Notes: generated by a model not told the origin, from the sequence alone. A stretch of 63,862 nt of DNA, filler included, from Squatina squatina (GCA_031763465.1; 4 parts of 3 records of this genome joined end to end with filler, not necessarily neighbours in it); one strand, 5' to 3'. Numbered from the whole stretch's first letter, positions 13,452-27,272 are shown. Numbers and translations are program-made.

Positions 13452-13674
13452 TCATTCCAGTGATGTGGGTGTCGCTGGCAAGGCCAGCATTTATCGCCCA
13501 TCCCTCGTTGGCCTTGAGAAGGTGGTGATGAGCCACCTTCTTGAACCGCTGCAGTCCTTGTGGTGAAGGAACTCCCACAGTGCTGATAGGGAGAACATTC
13601 CAGGATTTTGACCCAGTGACGACAAAGGAACAGCGATAGACTTCCAAGTCAGGATGGCGTGTGACTTGGAGGGG
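13452..13674 (-). mobile_element. CR1/L2-clade LINE 3' end
   Basis: Minus-strand translation GSKSWNVLPISTVGVPSPQGLQRFKKVAHHHLLK, typical of a LINE ORF2 C-terminus; same family at 42753-43030. Confidence 0.75.
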
Positions 13675-13774
13675 NNNNNNNNNNNNNNNNNNNNNNNNNN
13701 NNNNNNNNNNNNNNNNNNTTAATTAATTAANNNNNNNNNNNNNNNNNNNNNNNNNNNNNNNNNNNNNNNNNNNN
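13675..13774. other. Artificial scaffold linker
   Basis: Exactly N44 + TTAATTAATTAA (13719-13730; stops in all six frames) + N44. Confidence 0.97.
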
Positions 13775-16429
13775 AGAAAAGAAGATTATGGTAGCACATG
13801 ACCCCGGTCTTTCAAATGCAGGACGGGATGGATAATGTTGATACATGGAGCTACTAAACCTGTGATCAGTCGCACAACTTTAAAAATCTCTAAGCAAAGC
13901 TGGAAATTAGATTTGATATCTTCCCACAGAGAATATATGTGAACTGGATTTCCATCAAAAAGCAGTTAATGCTATCTTGATTAATTTCCCTAAAAAAATA
14001 CTTGCTGGATAAGTATCTAAGAACCACATTGAAGGTTATGAGGGTGACACAGGTATTCAACTACTCTCTGGAACACACTGGCTTCTGTGCTGCTGGGACC
14101 AAGAAAGTGTCACCTGTGGAATGCGATTGGCAAGAGTTGAATAATGCCGATTGTAATTTTAACCTAACATCTTAGAGTTTCGCTACGTTACCTTAGGGTG
14201 TCAGGGATAACTTTCACAGAGCTTTATCTTGGAAATTTTACCTCTGTTTGTTCAGTTCCCCCAGGAGATTCAATAAACTGGGTAGAGTCCACAACAGACC
14301 AATTGTACATGGTCTTTGGAAGGAATAGGTTTAACGAACCAGCTAGCCTTATCTCATTCCATATTTTCTCCTGCTCACTGTTAGCAGCTGGTTGAACAGA
14401 AAAATAGTGCCTCAGTTGAGCAGTGGCTTCTGATCTTCTTTCACCTGTTTAATCCCGCCAGTGCCCTTTCTCCCCAATATTNNNNNNNNNNATTTCAGCA
14501 GTGTTTATAGTATTTTGCCATGCTTTGAAAAATAAATGACCACCTCCCTTTACTCCCTTTCTGTTTGTGTTGCGATGCTGAACTAGTTTCGGCAGCTGCT
14601 GTTATCATTACTGTTGATCTATTTTCAAAACAAATCCAATCTCTTTGTTTAGCTGGTTCAATTGTGCTCAGAACTAAAAGGAGGGTCTCCAGCTGTGCTA
14701 CTCCAGATGATAAGCAGATTTTGGTTGCACCCTTCTGATCCAACACGGTTTCACACAACAGGCTGCTAAACTTAAACAATGGTGTAAAAAGAAATGTTCT
14801 TATTGCCAAACAAAAACACAAAATGCAGTTTGTCTTTGCTGGGTTAGTACACGTTAGTCAGAACTTCCATTTCACAATCANNNNNNNNNNNNNNNNNNNN
14901 NNNNNNNNNNNNNNNNNNNNNNNNNNNNNNNNNNNNNNNNNNNNNNNNNNNNNNNNNNNNNNNNNNNNNNNNNNNNNNNNGCTAATATGGCACAGCTCAA
15001 TTTCATCAGCCGTGATGATTAAAACAACAACGATAACAGCAACTTATATTTATTTAGGGCATTTAACATAATAAAACATCCCAAGGCACTTCACAGGAGT
15101 GTTATCATAAAAAAAAATTTGACGGCGAGATGTTGAGGCAAGTGACCCAAAGCTTGGTCGAAGAGGTAGGTTTTAAAGAGCGTCTTAAAAGAGGGAAAAG
15201 AACAGGATAAATGAGTTGAGGGAGCAGACAGAGAGTTTCTTGGCTACAATTCTAGCTGTGGCACTGCCTGGGCAACTAGCTTTTTATGGGAGGGATGTAG
15301 AAAGAGAAAACCAAGAATGCCCCCAAACCTGTTTTTGTATCTGTTTTGGGTGCAAATGATAACTGGGGGAGAAGAATCCTCTGAGAGCCCACATGCTTCC
15401 ATATCACAATTTTCTTTTTAAAAGTTGGAAGCGATTCAACGTGTGTGTGAATATTGTGGAATTTATAAAGATATCATTAGATTGATAATAGTCTACCCAC
15501 TGGTAATAAGAATTTCACCCCGGACAGTCCTCTAATGTTTCCGCTGCAGACAATCTAAGCAGGTTCAAAGCTCTCGGACTAATATTTACCTGTGCAAAGG
15601 TGCTTCAGGTAATTAGGTATTCTGGTGCTACGTCACCTCTGGCTTGCTGCTACCTTAATGCCTGTGTTTATAAAATAGCATGCAGACAGATATCCAGCTC
15701 CAGTATAGGTGGGACTGCGCACAGTTCAGATAGCAGCCCATTGAAGGAGGGATTGGTGGAGGTTCATGGAACTATTACCACATCGTCTTAAACTACAGAC
15801 CAGGTAGGTCCCCTCTGCTAATCGTTTTTCTTGTCTTTCCCTCAATCATCCACTCCTCTTTTTCCTCATTCTGCTCTCTTGCTCCTTCATAGTTGCTAAG
15901 AAATGTCGATTGTTGTCCCTTGTTTTAACGGACACAAACATTTCCCAACTTTGGCTCTGCTCACTAAGCTTTGCTCAGTGCTCAGACTGATCCTCTTGTC
16001 TGTTTTACAGTTTGTGGGGCCGCATTTGGCACTTTTTGTTCAGACAATAGGGCATGAGTATTGTATTGGTTAAAGTGAGAGGTGATTGTGTTGCAGCACT
16101 ATTTAATGGGTTTGGCTGCCTTGTTCGATCTGACACAGTAAAGTCTACATTCTCACTTTGTACAGGAGAANNNNNNNNNNNNNNNNNNNNNNNNNNNNNN
16201 NNNNNNNNNNNNNNNNNNNNNNNNNNNNNNNNNNNNNNNNNNNNNNNNNNNNNNNNNNNNNNNNNNNNNNNNNNNNNNNNNNNNNNNNNNNNNNNNNNNN
16301 NNNNNNNNNNNNNNNNNNNNNNNNNNNNNNNNNNNNNNNNNNNNNNNNNNNNNNNNNNNNNNNNNNNNNNNNNNNNNNNNNNNNNNNNNNNNNNNNNNNN
16401 NNNNNNNNNNNNNNNNNNNNNNNNNNNNT

Positions 16430-16592
16430 GGTCAAAAGCTCATTTCAGGATCAAATATGACACCAAAGTTGCGAACAATGTGATTCAGCCTCAGACAGCT
16501 GTTGGGGAGAGGGATGGGGTCAGTGGCTGGGGAACGGAGTTTGTGGCGGGGACTGAAAACAATGTCTTCGGTCTTCCCAATATTCAATTGGA
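16430..16592 (-). mobile_element. L2 LINE RT fragment
   Basis: Near-identical in style to 63140-63302 (CATTTCAGG.TCAAATATGACACCAA.GTT.CGAACA..). Confidence 0.65.
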
Positions 16593-19279
16593 CTCTTTAT
16601 GACTATGGGACGCATCAAAGTTTATTTCCTGCTCCAAATTTATTTTTTATGTACAAAGTTATATTTCATTGAAAGAGTATTCGTATAATTAATTTTAATA
16701 TGTTGTTGTAATCTTACAGCACAGAAGGAGGCCATTCGGCCCATCCTGCCTGTGGCTGCTCTTTGAAAGGGCTCTCCAGTTAGTCCCACTGCCCTGTTCT
16801 TTCCCACAAGTATACATCCAATTCCCTTTTGAAAGTTTTTGTTGAATCTGCCTCCACCACCCTTCCAGGCAGTGCGCTAATTATTCATATGATTTCCTGG
16901 AGGCAAATACTGCTATTTGAATTAGATTTCCAGAGTACTTGTTGACCAAATCTAAAGTGCATTTTAATCTGAATGTCCCTCTATATTAGGAGTTCAAGGT
17001 TGTTGTGTCGTTCAGATATTTGATGCAGTTCTGCTTTGTTCTTTGGCTATGACGTTGGCATTTCACTGGTCAGTTAATTTTTTTCAATGTTATTTATTTT
17101 GTATCCCAATCCCCTTAGAGGGAGCATTCCATCCACTGGTCACTGANNNNNNNNNNNNNNNNNNNNNNNNNNNNNNNNNNNNNNNNNNNNNNNNNNNNNN
17201 NNNNNNNNNNNNNNNNNNNNNNNNNNNNNNNNNNNNNNNNNNNNNNCCTTTAGTGACACAAGTGCATTTAATGCATGGCTGCAACTGTAAGTTATACTGA
17301 CAATACAGGAATAGGGTTGGGTTTTTCATGTTCATGATTATGAAGTGTATAATTATTAAAGCGATAAATTAATGTTTTGTTGCATTCCAGTGTAAAATAC
17401 ATGCAATTGTTATTTAACTGATAAGTCCTAGTGTATGCTAATGGTATATTAATAAATATAATATATTACCAGTATCCTACTCGTCACTCATTTTTGGAGG
17501 TGTCATCATAGAATCAAAGAAAATTACAGCATGGAAGGAGGCTGTTCGGCCCGTTGTGGCCGTGCCAGCCAAGGAAGAGTTATCCAGCCTAATCCCACAC
17601 TCCAGCTCTTGGTTCCCAGCCTTGTAGGTTACGGCACTTCAAGAAATGTTGTGCGATAATAAATTGAGTTAGCTGCCTTTCTATTCCCAATTTTGCCTAT
17701 GTGATTTTAGCTTCCAAACTCTATGGCAATTCTGCTATTTGGTAAAATATGAAAGTGGATAGAGAATCAACCAAATCCTGCTTTCCCAACGTGGTTTTAA
17801 CAGCTGATTTTACCTGCTGACGGTACTTTTAAAAATAGCCATTGAAATTCTGAGAGAAAATATACAATTTTTGTCTGCTCTTCGCTAAAGCAATCTAAAA
17901 CGAATCCACTGCTCTACTCTCGCTCTCTCTCCATGACCGTGTATCTTTCGCTGCCTAAGATATCTATTCAGGTTTCCTTTAAATGATGCAATGGTCTTTG
18001 CCTCAACCACTCCTTGTGGTGAAGCATTCTACACTCCAACAACCCTGGNNNNNNNNNNNNNNNNNNNNNNNNNNNNNNNNNNNNNNNNNNNNNNNNNNNN
18101 NNNNNNNNNNNNNNNNNNNNNNNNNNNNNNNNNNNNNNNNNNNNNNNNGGACACCGGGACACTTCCTCAAAAACTGGGACAGTCCCGGCAAAACCTGCTC
18201 AACTGGTCCCCCAAATTATAAAGCTCAGCCGGGAGGTTAGGATAGTTGGTGATCAGAACTGACTTCTTATGTTAATTGCTGATTCTGCCTGTGTTGGTCA
18301 CACACAGAGCATGTTTGATAAACAATGTCATGTGATAACTGGTCAAGTCCATCCTTTGGGTGCGAGACTTGACATCCTGTATTTACTACAAACTAATAGA
18401 GTGGTTTCACATACCCTAAGGAGCATGGGTAAGGAGACCAACCATTTTGATTTATGAACACCCGCGCTTCCAACTTGGAGTTTTTCGTTACAACAGGAAT
18501 TTGAATTGCTGCCAATCAGTGCCTTTGCCATGTTGCCCTTGCAGAACAGAAGGACGCTACGATACAAACTTGGGAGGGAGAGGAACTTTTTTTTTTAAAT
18601 TACGAAAAAACAAACTTTTTTTCTTGATGTTGAAAGGTTTGTCTACTTCTGGTCGCTGTTGCCTTCCAAACCACATATTTATTGCAATGTTGAGTTATCC
18701 GGAAAATTCCAGTAACGCCTCAGTCGTGGATTCAATGAACTGATTCCCAGCTGAACAAACTTTACATCCTGTGAAATAAAACTCATCAAAAACGTCAGAA
18801 AACTTTATAAACAATCCCAACAAAAAAAAATATGTGGAATAATGTGGTGTAATCTGAGAAGCCTGATCTTTCATGACAGCTGCAGCCAAATGCCACTAAT
18901 GGTTAGCAGGTTTACAATCATACCGCGCGTCTCGTCATATTAAGTGATTCGGCTCCCAAATGAGGAAATAGTCAAATCGGAATTATATAAGCGTGGTTGC
19001 AACCTGACTGGTACTCAGAACAACCTGAAGCAGGTCAACGGATGGTTTTCTACAGAGAGCACCCCCGAGTGGATATTTTGAAGAGAGCCACTGGAAGGTA
19101 AATTTAACATTGCAACTGCTGGGTTTAGTTCTCTGCCTTTAATGGCTTGCTGTACTTCAGTCCACCACACCAAACGCCGNNNNNNNNNNNNNNNNNNNNN
19201 NNNNNNNNNNNNNNNNNNNNNNNNNNNNNNNNNNNNNNNNNNNNNNNNNNNNNNNNNNNNNNNNNNNNNNNNNNNNNNN

Positions 19280-19640
19280 ATGGTGAACTATAGTTATGAG
19301 GAGAAACTTGAGATGCTGAGACTATTTCCACTAGAGCAGAGAAGGCTAATTTATTGTGTTGTAAAGGGTGATTTAAGAGGTTTTATAATTAAGTGTTTTG
19401 ACAATTAATAGGAAGAGACTATTTCCTCTGGGGTGCCAGTGATGTGGGGTCTTCAATTTTAATGAATGAGGATGGTGAAGTTTCTCTGCAGAGGGTTGGA
19501 GTATGGAATACTTTACTACAATGAGTGTTTGAAGCAGAGCATGGCATCTTTTAAGGGAAAATTGAATAAATATTTGAAGCAGAGCAAAGTACAGGGGCAC
19601 ACACACATGATGAACTGAATGATCTTCTGTGCTGTAAGCT
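19280..19640 (+). mobile_element. Old CR1 3' fragment
   Basis: YSYEEKLEMLRLFPLEQRRL..RGDL-like motif and a CTTCTGTGCTGTA tail. Confidence 0.65.
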
Positions 19641-20405
19641 TTGATGACTACCTACTTGAGACATTGGAGAGTGGATGTTAACAATGTTAAACATATTTTG
19701 TTTGTATAAGAAGAGAAAATTGCCAAAGAATATAGTAGGTCCATTAGATCTAATTTAGAAAATATAATTATAACAAGGATATCTTCACCATGCCTTTTTG
19801 AGTATAGATGTAGCTCCCGGTCGTTAAAATAGGCTGGGGTTTTCACTCTGGGATCTCAACCTGCAGTTGATCGGATGGACTTTGCACCTGACTCGTGATT
19901 TGTACTAATCTTTCTGCAGTTGGGTTATTTAGTGTATTTTAGGCAGGTTCCTAATGGGATATCTATATATCTCTCAAACTGAGATTGATAGATATTTAAG
20001 AATATTTTGAGAGAGAGATTTCCTGACATCAATTTAATGTTATGCCCTCTTGTCTGGAATCCCATCTAACCCTTCCTTTCCCTCCACCCCTCCATTTACC
20101 ATTCTAGTAGTCGCATGATACAATGATCATGGAGTTGTTGACTAATCATGGCAATCAGTCTCTGTCAATTGGTCTACAACAGACCCAGACATGACATGAG
20201 GAAACCCCCAGTGGTGGAGAGCTTTCAGAACCAGAGGTCCAAAGTCACCTTTTTCCTCCCAAGCAGGCCACACTCATCCCCATTGTTAGAATGATGCAAC
20301 AGTTTGAAGTACACGAAAATTTGTGAGAGATTATCGCAAAATGTTTTGTCAGTTGTCAATGAAAGTTAACGCTCTGAATTGTGTTTCACTCAACTTTCTT
20401 TCCAG

Positions 20406-20571
20406 CTTCTCCATCAGATTCAATACATTATTTCTGATGAACGAGTGAAGATTGAAGTTCTACAGCACTATCCCGCGCTTCCAATGAGTTCTTATGATGA
20501 CAGCTCATTTGGGTATCATGTCATCAAAGCTGCAATTGGAGACTTATTTCCTGAAATAGTGGTCACTCCAG
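20406..20571 (+). CDS. PM20D1: N-fatty-acyl-amino acid synthase/hydrolase PM20D1 (M20 family) internal exon
   Basis: CTTTCTTTCCAG| acceptor and |GTAAAA donor; 166 nt encoding LLHQIQYIISDERVKIEVLQHYPALPMSSYDDSSFGYHVIKAAIGDLFPEIVVTP(G); like recalled PM20D1 IVADNRVQFHVL..PLPVSPSDD..GYQLL..VFPEV; synteny with RAB29 and NUCKS1. Confidence 0.85.
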
Positions 20572-22539
20572 GTAAAAGAGAAATCCCTAAACTAAAGGCT
20601 TTCCATTGCATTTCGATTGGAACAACGTAATGGCTGGAATCTCATAAGAGAGATACTGATCTGCTTGTTCTCCATCTCCTGGCAGTGCTGCATGGTTTCC
20701 ATGGCAAAAGATAGAAATTCTACAAATTTCACAACCAGAAGTGTTTATTTGGATTTGTAACTAAAGTGTATTTCAAGTCTGGATTTGTGCATCATAGCCA
20801 TCTGTCACTGTGGTAATCTAAACTACAAATTACCAGGAAGTGTGAAAAATTGGCACTCCTGGTTAAGGAACTAATTTAGTTTTCCCTCACAAAGGTCAGT
20901 CCAGTCCAGAAAAACAGGGGTGAGTAAGTCTGTGAGTGCTCGTTTGTTGGTAATTTCACGGAGGTTCGGCAGAAACACACTCTGCCAGCAATACAACCCC
21001 ACCTGAACTCTCTGTTCCTCTAACTTCAGCCTCTTGCGCATTCACCTCACTGTTGACGGACATGCCTTCAGCCACCTAGGCTGCTTTTATGTAATGGCCT
21101 GCTGGGTGGAGCTGGAATGACTGAGGCGACACAGCACTTAAAACAACTCACTGTATTGAGTAACAAACTCTCCAGCNNNNNNNNNNNNNNNNNNNNNNNN
21201 NNNNNNNNNNNNNNNNNNNNNNNNNNNNNNNNNNNNNNNNNNNNNNNNNNNNNNNNNNNNNNNNNNNNNNNNNNNNAATTACTGTTGACTTCTAGTTTTA
21301 AAACTGTGGCAGACCTTGGCTGCTGTTGGCTCTTGCTTTGTAATGTCCACAAATATGATGTTCTCAAACATATCCATGATCAGAAAAGCTGTCACATTCT
21401 ACACTCTGTGTTGTACAATCCTATGATTCTATGATTTGTGGAGGATTGGTAAGTTCTCTCTCAGCTCTTAATGAAAATGGATTAACTGGCCATTCATGTC
21501 ATTGCTGTTTGTTAAATCTTGCTGTATGAAAAATTAGCTGCCTCATTTGCAGATATAATTGTCACTGTACTTCAAAGTAGTTCATTGCATATAAAATGCT
21601 TTGAGGTATTTCTGAGAGATGTGATGAGGTGCACTAAAATGTAAGGCTTTTCACGTTTTCATTCTGAATCATTCTATTGGAAGTCTGTGTATCTGGTTAA
21701 TGCCATGTCAAATATTGGTCAGAGACAATGAGCTTGTGCTCGGTAGTAAACTTATACACTGTCACAGGCAGAATAAGGTGCACACCACATGAAAATCTCT
21801 CAGTTTAGAACCCAACAGAAATAGCACTGGTGTGCCAACAAGCAGAGAAAAAAAACTGGATGAATATTTATGGACAATAATGCCATTCAATTTCCCTAAA
21901 GTATTGCTTCATAAACTGAAAGCAATCTGTTATATGAATGTATCCCTCTGCTGAATCAAACTGTTCTGTGACCTTCGACACATTGTACAAGGCCCCAGTT
22001 TTCTCTCAGCCCTTGGAGGCATTATTCCTTTTGCACCAAGTTCTGAAATCCCACACAAGGTCAGGAACCTATTAGTGCCACACAACTTTGATTTTGGCCC
22101 AGCACAAACATAGCTTTATAAATATTTATCCCATGGCGCTATTGTTGAGCACTTATTAAATCCCCCGGCTGTTTTGTCTGAGCCACGTTGTGCTTCCGGC
22201 CCTGATGTATTCGTTAAATGAACACTCTCATAAAGTCGCCCAATGTTTCTATTTTGCTCAGTGGCTTCCCTTAACACTTCCTCCTGTAATAATCACAGTA
22301 TTTATTTCCGAACTGTGGGCCATTTCCTCCTCCAGAAATCACGGCTGAGAATTTCCTCAGCGCTGCTCCCTGACGTGTGGTGTAAACCGATGTTTGTGGT
22401 GAAGTTATGGTGGTGAGCACGAGCCATTTCGATGGCCTACGTATTATATTATAGTTCTCGTTTTCCATCTAATGTCTTGATTCTTTCCATAAGAAAATTT
22501 TTTATTTACATATTCCCCCTTAAGTACCAAAAATAAAGG

Positions 22540-22975
22540 CTTGCATTTATATAACGCCTCTCACGACCTCAACACATCCCAAAGCACCTTACTGCCAATG
22601 GAGTACTTTTGAAGTGTAGTCACTGTTGTAATGTAGGGAAACGCAGCAGCCAATTTGCGCACAGCAAGCTCACGCAAACAGCAATGAGATCATCTGTTTA
22701 AGTGATGTTGGTTGAGCGATAAAATGTTGGTCTGGACACCAGGGATAACTCCCCTGCACTTCTTTGATTAGTGCCATGGGATCTTTTACATCCACCTGAG
22801 AGGGAAGACAGGGCCTCAGTTTAACATCTCATCAAAGGCAGCACCTCAAAGAGAGCAGCACTCCCTCAGTACTAAACTGGAGTGTCAGCCTGCATTTTGT
22901 GCTCAACTCTCTGGAGTGGGACTTGAACTCACAATCCCACAGTTAACAGAGGTGAGTGTGCTACCCATTGAGCCT
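22540..22975 (-). mobile_element. Near full-length tRNA-derived SacSINE1/DeuSINE-like SINE
   Basis: Minus-strand head GGCTCAATGGGTAGCAC (A box) and GAGTTCAAGTCCC (B box), central conserved domain, and L2-like tail ..TATATAAATGCAAG. Confidence 0.8.
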
Positions 22976-23789
22976 TGATATACATCATATCTATGTAATA
23001 CATATAGAAGCCTAGTACCTTAAAAAAAAGAGGGTTAGCTTTTACCTCCTCAGCTGGTTTACTGCCAAAATAGTACCAGGACCACATTTCTGCCTGCTGT
23101 TGTTACACCTCCCAGAACCAGCCCAATGTTCCTAGTACACCTTCATTAAATGCTCATTGAGGGCTCTCAGCACTATTATCTCCCTGTATAGTGAGTAATG
23201 GAGAGAGAGGAAAATTTAGGACTGCTACTGTAGTTGAAAGGGTCAAAGGAGCCATGTTGTGAATTTAACAATGTGGCTATTAGAGTGCCCAAGGCTGGTT
23301 CTCCTTCAGGACACTGAGCCTACAAACTTAAAGACGCTTTCGTTAAAGTCAAAGGAAGGCCTAGCCTTTTGGTCCTGAGAGAAAGAGGCCCATGTGGAGC
23401 ATGATCCAAGCCTCTTGAAAGGAGGTGGTCTTAACAGTGAGTGCCACATCCAGCAATCACCACTTTGGACAATGAATGTTGGTAGGAGTTAACTATCTTC
23501 TCCAGGACAGCCAAGATAACATGAGGTATATCTTGTACCAATCCACTGGAATGGTGTACTTTTCCAGTTGTAGCCATCTTGCCAACATTGATTTGAACAC
23601 CATTTGCATTTTACAATGCAGGAAGCACCACAATATCCTTAATCGCCCTTGAGTTCTTTTGGAAATGTTCCTCTGCTCACAGCTGAAAGCATAGGGTATC
23701 AGTGGGAGACTCATTTGATGGGTTATTCACTGCAAGAAAGTGTATCCTTGAGCTCCCATGAGCAATCCCGCAGGAGTTCCGCCAGTATT

Positions 23790-25074
23790 ATAAAAGGAAT
23801 CATAGCGTTATGAAGGGGAAATCATGTCTGACAAATTTATAAGAGTTCTTTGAGGAAGTAACGAGTAGAGTGAATAAAGGGGAACCAGCAGATGTAATAT
23901 ATTTGCATTTCCAGAAGGCGTTCGATAAGGTGCCACACAAAAGATTACTTAACAAGATAAGAGCTCATGGTGTTGGGGTAATATATTAGCATGGGTAGAG
24001 GATTGGCTAACTAACAGAAAACAGAGTCGGGATGAAGGGGTCATTTTCAGGATGCCAACCTGTAACTCGTGGGGTGCCACAGGGATCAGTGCTGGGGCTG
24101 CAACTATTTACAATATATATTAATGATTGATGAAGGAAACGAATGTACTGTAGCCAGATTTGCTGATGATACAAAAATAGGTGGGAAAGCAAGTTGTGAG
24201 GAGGACACAAAGAGTCTGCAAAGAGATATTGATAGGTTAAATGAGTGGGCAAAAACTTGTCAAATGGAGTATAATGTAAGAAAATGTGAAGTTACCCACT
24301 TTGGAAGGAAGAATGGAAAAGCAGAATATTATTTAAATGGAGAATAACTGCAGAAAGCTGCAGCACAGAGGGATTTGGGGGCCCTTGTCAATGAGACACA
24401 GAAAGTTAGCATGTAGTTGCAGCAGTTAATCAGGAATGCAAATGGAATGTTGGCCTTCATGGCAAGGGTGATGGAATCTAATAGTAGGGAAGTCTTGCTA
24501 CAACTGTACAGGGCATTAGTGACACCACACCTCGAATACTGCAAACAGTTTTGGTCCCCTTATCTAATGAAAGGTATATTTGCATTGGAGGCAGTTTAGA
24601 GAAGGTTCACTCGGTTGATCCCGGGTATGGAAGGATTGTCTTATGAAGAAAGGTTGAGCAGGTTGGACCTGTACTCATTGGAGTTTGAGAGGTGATCTTA
24701 TTGAAGTTTATATAAGAATATAAGATTCTGAGGAGCTTGGCAGGGTAAATGCTGAGAGGATGTTTCCCCTCATGGGACTCGGGGGCATAATCTCCGAATA
24801 AGGGATCGCCCATTTAAAAGGGAGATGAGGAGGAATTTCTTCTCTGAGCGTCGTGAATCTTTGGAATTCTTTACCCCAGAGAACCGTGGAGGCTGAGTCA
24901 TTGAATATATTCAAGGCTGAGATAGACAGATTTTTGATCAACAAGGGAATCAAGGGTTATGGGGAACAGGCAGGAAAGTGGAGTTGTGGCGAATATCAGA
25001 TCAGCCATTGAATGGTGGGGAAGGCCCGAGGGGCCGAATGGCCTGCTCCTGTTCCAACTTCTTCTGTTCTTATG
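23790..25074 (+). mobile_element. 5'-truncated CR1 LINE with degenerate RT and 3' tail
   Basis: KGKSCLTN, FQKAFDKVPH, GVPQGSVLG, FADDTKIGG and LYRALVTPHLEYC motifs with stops and frameshifts; tail GAGGGGCCGAATGGCCTGCTCCTG. Confidence 0.95.
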
Positions 25075-25533
25075 GGCTTAAGATCTGAGGTGCAAGCGAA
25101 CTCATCTGAGAACTCAGCAAAGGAAGTGAAAGACAGGAATTAGGGAATAAGTTGCTGAGATGACAATTTAAAAGGTAAAAACAGGAAACTTAAAGTTTAA
25201 ACCGACACTGAAGCTGTCAGCTTCTGTGCCGAGGAAAAATAAAGCACAAGATTACTGAGTGAAAGGAACCTTAAAGGATGCTGGAATTTCAGTTTGTGTG
25301 AAAGTGTGTGTTAAAGTGTGGAAGTTCTCCTGACCGCGAATCTTTAAGCAGTTACAATGTCTGAAAGTTGTGTTTAATAAAAAAATGTCTGTTATGTTTG
25401 ATTTATCTTCCAATAAATCTAGAGCCCGCTGGATGCCAAGAGGCTTATGTGGTAGGATAAAGTTAAAAAGGAAGCTTCTGATAGATACCAAGGGTTCAAT
25501 ACTGCAGAAACCCAAGATGGATATAGAAAGTGC

Positions 25534-25995
25534 AGGGGTGAAGGGATCAGTACTATTATTGCTACTATTCACAATATATATCAATGACTTGGATGAGGGA
25601 ACTAAATGTAACATTTCCAAGTTTGCAGACAACACAAAGCTGGGGGTGGGGTGGGGGTGTGGTAATGTGAGCTGTGAGGAGGATGCAAAGAGGCTCCAAT
25701 GTGGTTTAGACAAGTTGGCTGAGTGGGCAAATGCATGGCAGATGCAGTATAATGCGGATAAATGTGAGGTTATCCACTTTGCTGGCAAAAACAGGAAGGC
25801 AGATTATTTTCTGAATGGCAATAGATTGGGAAAAAGGGAGGTGCGACGAGACCTGGGTGTCCTTGTGCACCAGTCACTGAAGGTAACCATGCAGGTGCAA
25901 CAGTCGGTTAAGAAGGTGAATGGTATGTTGGCCTTCATAGCAAGAGGATTCGAGTACAGGAGCAGGGATGTCTTGTTGCAGTTGTACAGGGCCTT
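25534..25995 (+). mobile_element. CR1 LINE RT fragment
   Basis: LFTIYINDLDEGTKCNISKFADNTKLG..LLQLYRA, truncated by a gap. Confidence 0.92.
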
Positions 25996-26760
25996 NNNNN
26001 NNNNNNNNNNNNNNNNNNNNNNNNNNNNNNNNNNNNNNNNNNNNNNNNNNNNNNNNNNNNNNNNNNNNNNNNNNNNNNNNNNNNNNNNNNNNNNNTCTTC
26101 CGGTCAAGCGTGTGCTGCATTGCAATGTGAATTGGGGGAGAAAAAATAATTCATTGCCAAAATAAAGTTCATATTACAAAATTGACCTCTAGATGGTGCT
26201 AGAATTATTGGGATAAACTGTAGTGCCATCGAACAGTATTTTAAATACCATACATGTGGGCTGTAAGAAAAAATTGCAACATAATTAAATAGTGGATAAT
26301 TTTTTCAAAATACAGTAAAGCTGTGACCATGATTTATTGGCATTATTTTGCCAATATAGTTTGAATGGGAGGGAAGAGATAAATGAGATCCTGGCTTTAA
26401 CTTTTTTAGAACTGCCTTTAACAACAACCAGTATTTGTATAGCACCTTTTTAACGTAGTGAAATGTCCCAAGGCGCTTCACAGGATTGAGATGAAAAATT
26501 TGACACCTTTCCTTCACCAACTGCTGAAAAATGTCCCTGCCGACAATAGGAATTTAAACTAAATCATCACTTTGGAGGTCGCTGAAAGTAATTGTTTTAA
26601 ATCCCATCCATAACTATAGGTTTTTTTTTATAAAGTGTTTGTTTAGTAAAGGGTACTTTTTGCTCTAACTCCCTAAACTGGGATTTTATTTGGATAATGC
26701 TTTATTAGAAAAATATCCTTTCTGCTTTGTCATGTTCAGTTTTTTTTTACCCCCAAATAG

Positions 26761-26882
26761 TGTGACTTGTCAGAATGGGCAATCACCAAAAGTGAGATTG
26801 ATCTGTTCAGTAAAGAAAACCATTTTGTTGGTTGGATTGAAACCTCTGTGAAAGAAAACAAGAATATTGCTCAAGCCATGAG
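26761..26882 (+). CDS. RAB29: Ras-related protein Rab-29 (Rab7L1), penultimate coding exon
   Basis: CCCAAATAG| acceptor and |GTATGT donor; 122 nt encoding CDLSEWAITKSEIDLFSKENHFVGWIETSVKENKNIAQAM(R); ETSVKENKNI is the Rab29 G5 region. Confidence 0.92.
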
Positions 26883-27148
26883 GTATGTGGTGGAACTTCT
26901 CCAAAGAATTCACTTTTTTTATTCCATTTCTGTCATCTTGGGATATTTTACAGGAAATTTTAATTTAAAGACATGGCTTCTTTTGGACACTTCCTAAAGT
27001 GTTCAGTATCCAGAGAAGCAGAAGCTGTGCAGTTTATTTAAAATTCAAATGTTTTTAGAATTCTGGACATTTTAACCTTGTATAGATGAGCATTTTACTA
27101 AAGCCTTTCAACATTAATTTAAAATTCCTGCTTGCTTTTGTTTTTCAG

Positions 27149-27272
27149 AGTATTAGTAGATTGTTTGATGTCAAAACCTAGTTTGGGAGCTCCAGCCCAA
27201 AACCAAGGGGATTATATTCAGCTAAGGGATATGCCAAAATCTGAAAATCATCGGTATTCAGGATGCTGTTGA
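27149..27272 (+). CDS. RAB29: Rab-29 terminal coding exon with C-terminal CC prenylation motif; absent from the ORF track
   Basis: TTTTTCAG| acceptor in phase with the previous exon; (R)VLVDCLMSKPSLGAPAQNQGDYIQLRDMPKSENHRYSGCC*; QGDYI..CC as in recalled human RAB29. Confidence 0.9.

Noticed and set aside
13719-13730. TTAATTAATTAA as a regulatory palindrome or piggyBac site
   Set aside because: Identical N44 padding at three places shows it is synthetic.
25370-26149. 259-aa RT-like ORF as an active or novel reverse transcriptase gene
   Set aside because: It is a short CR1 fragment joined to unrelated flank and a gap, with FADN at the catalytic motif.
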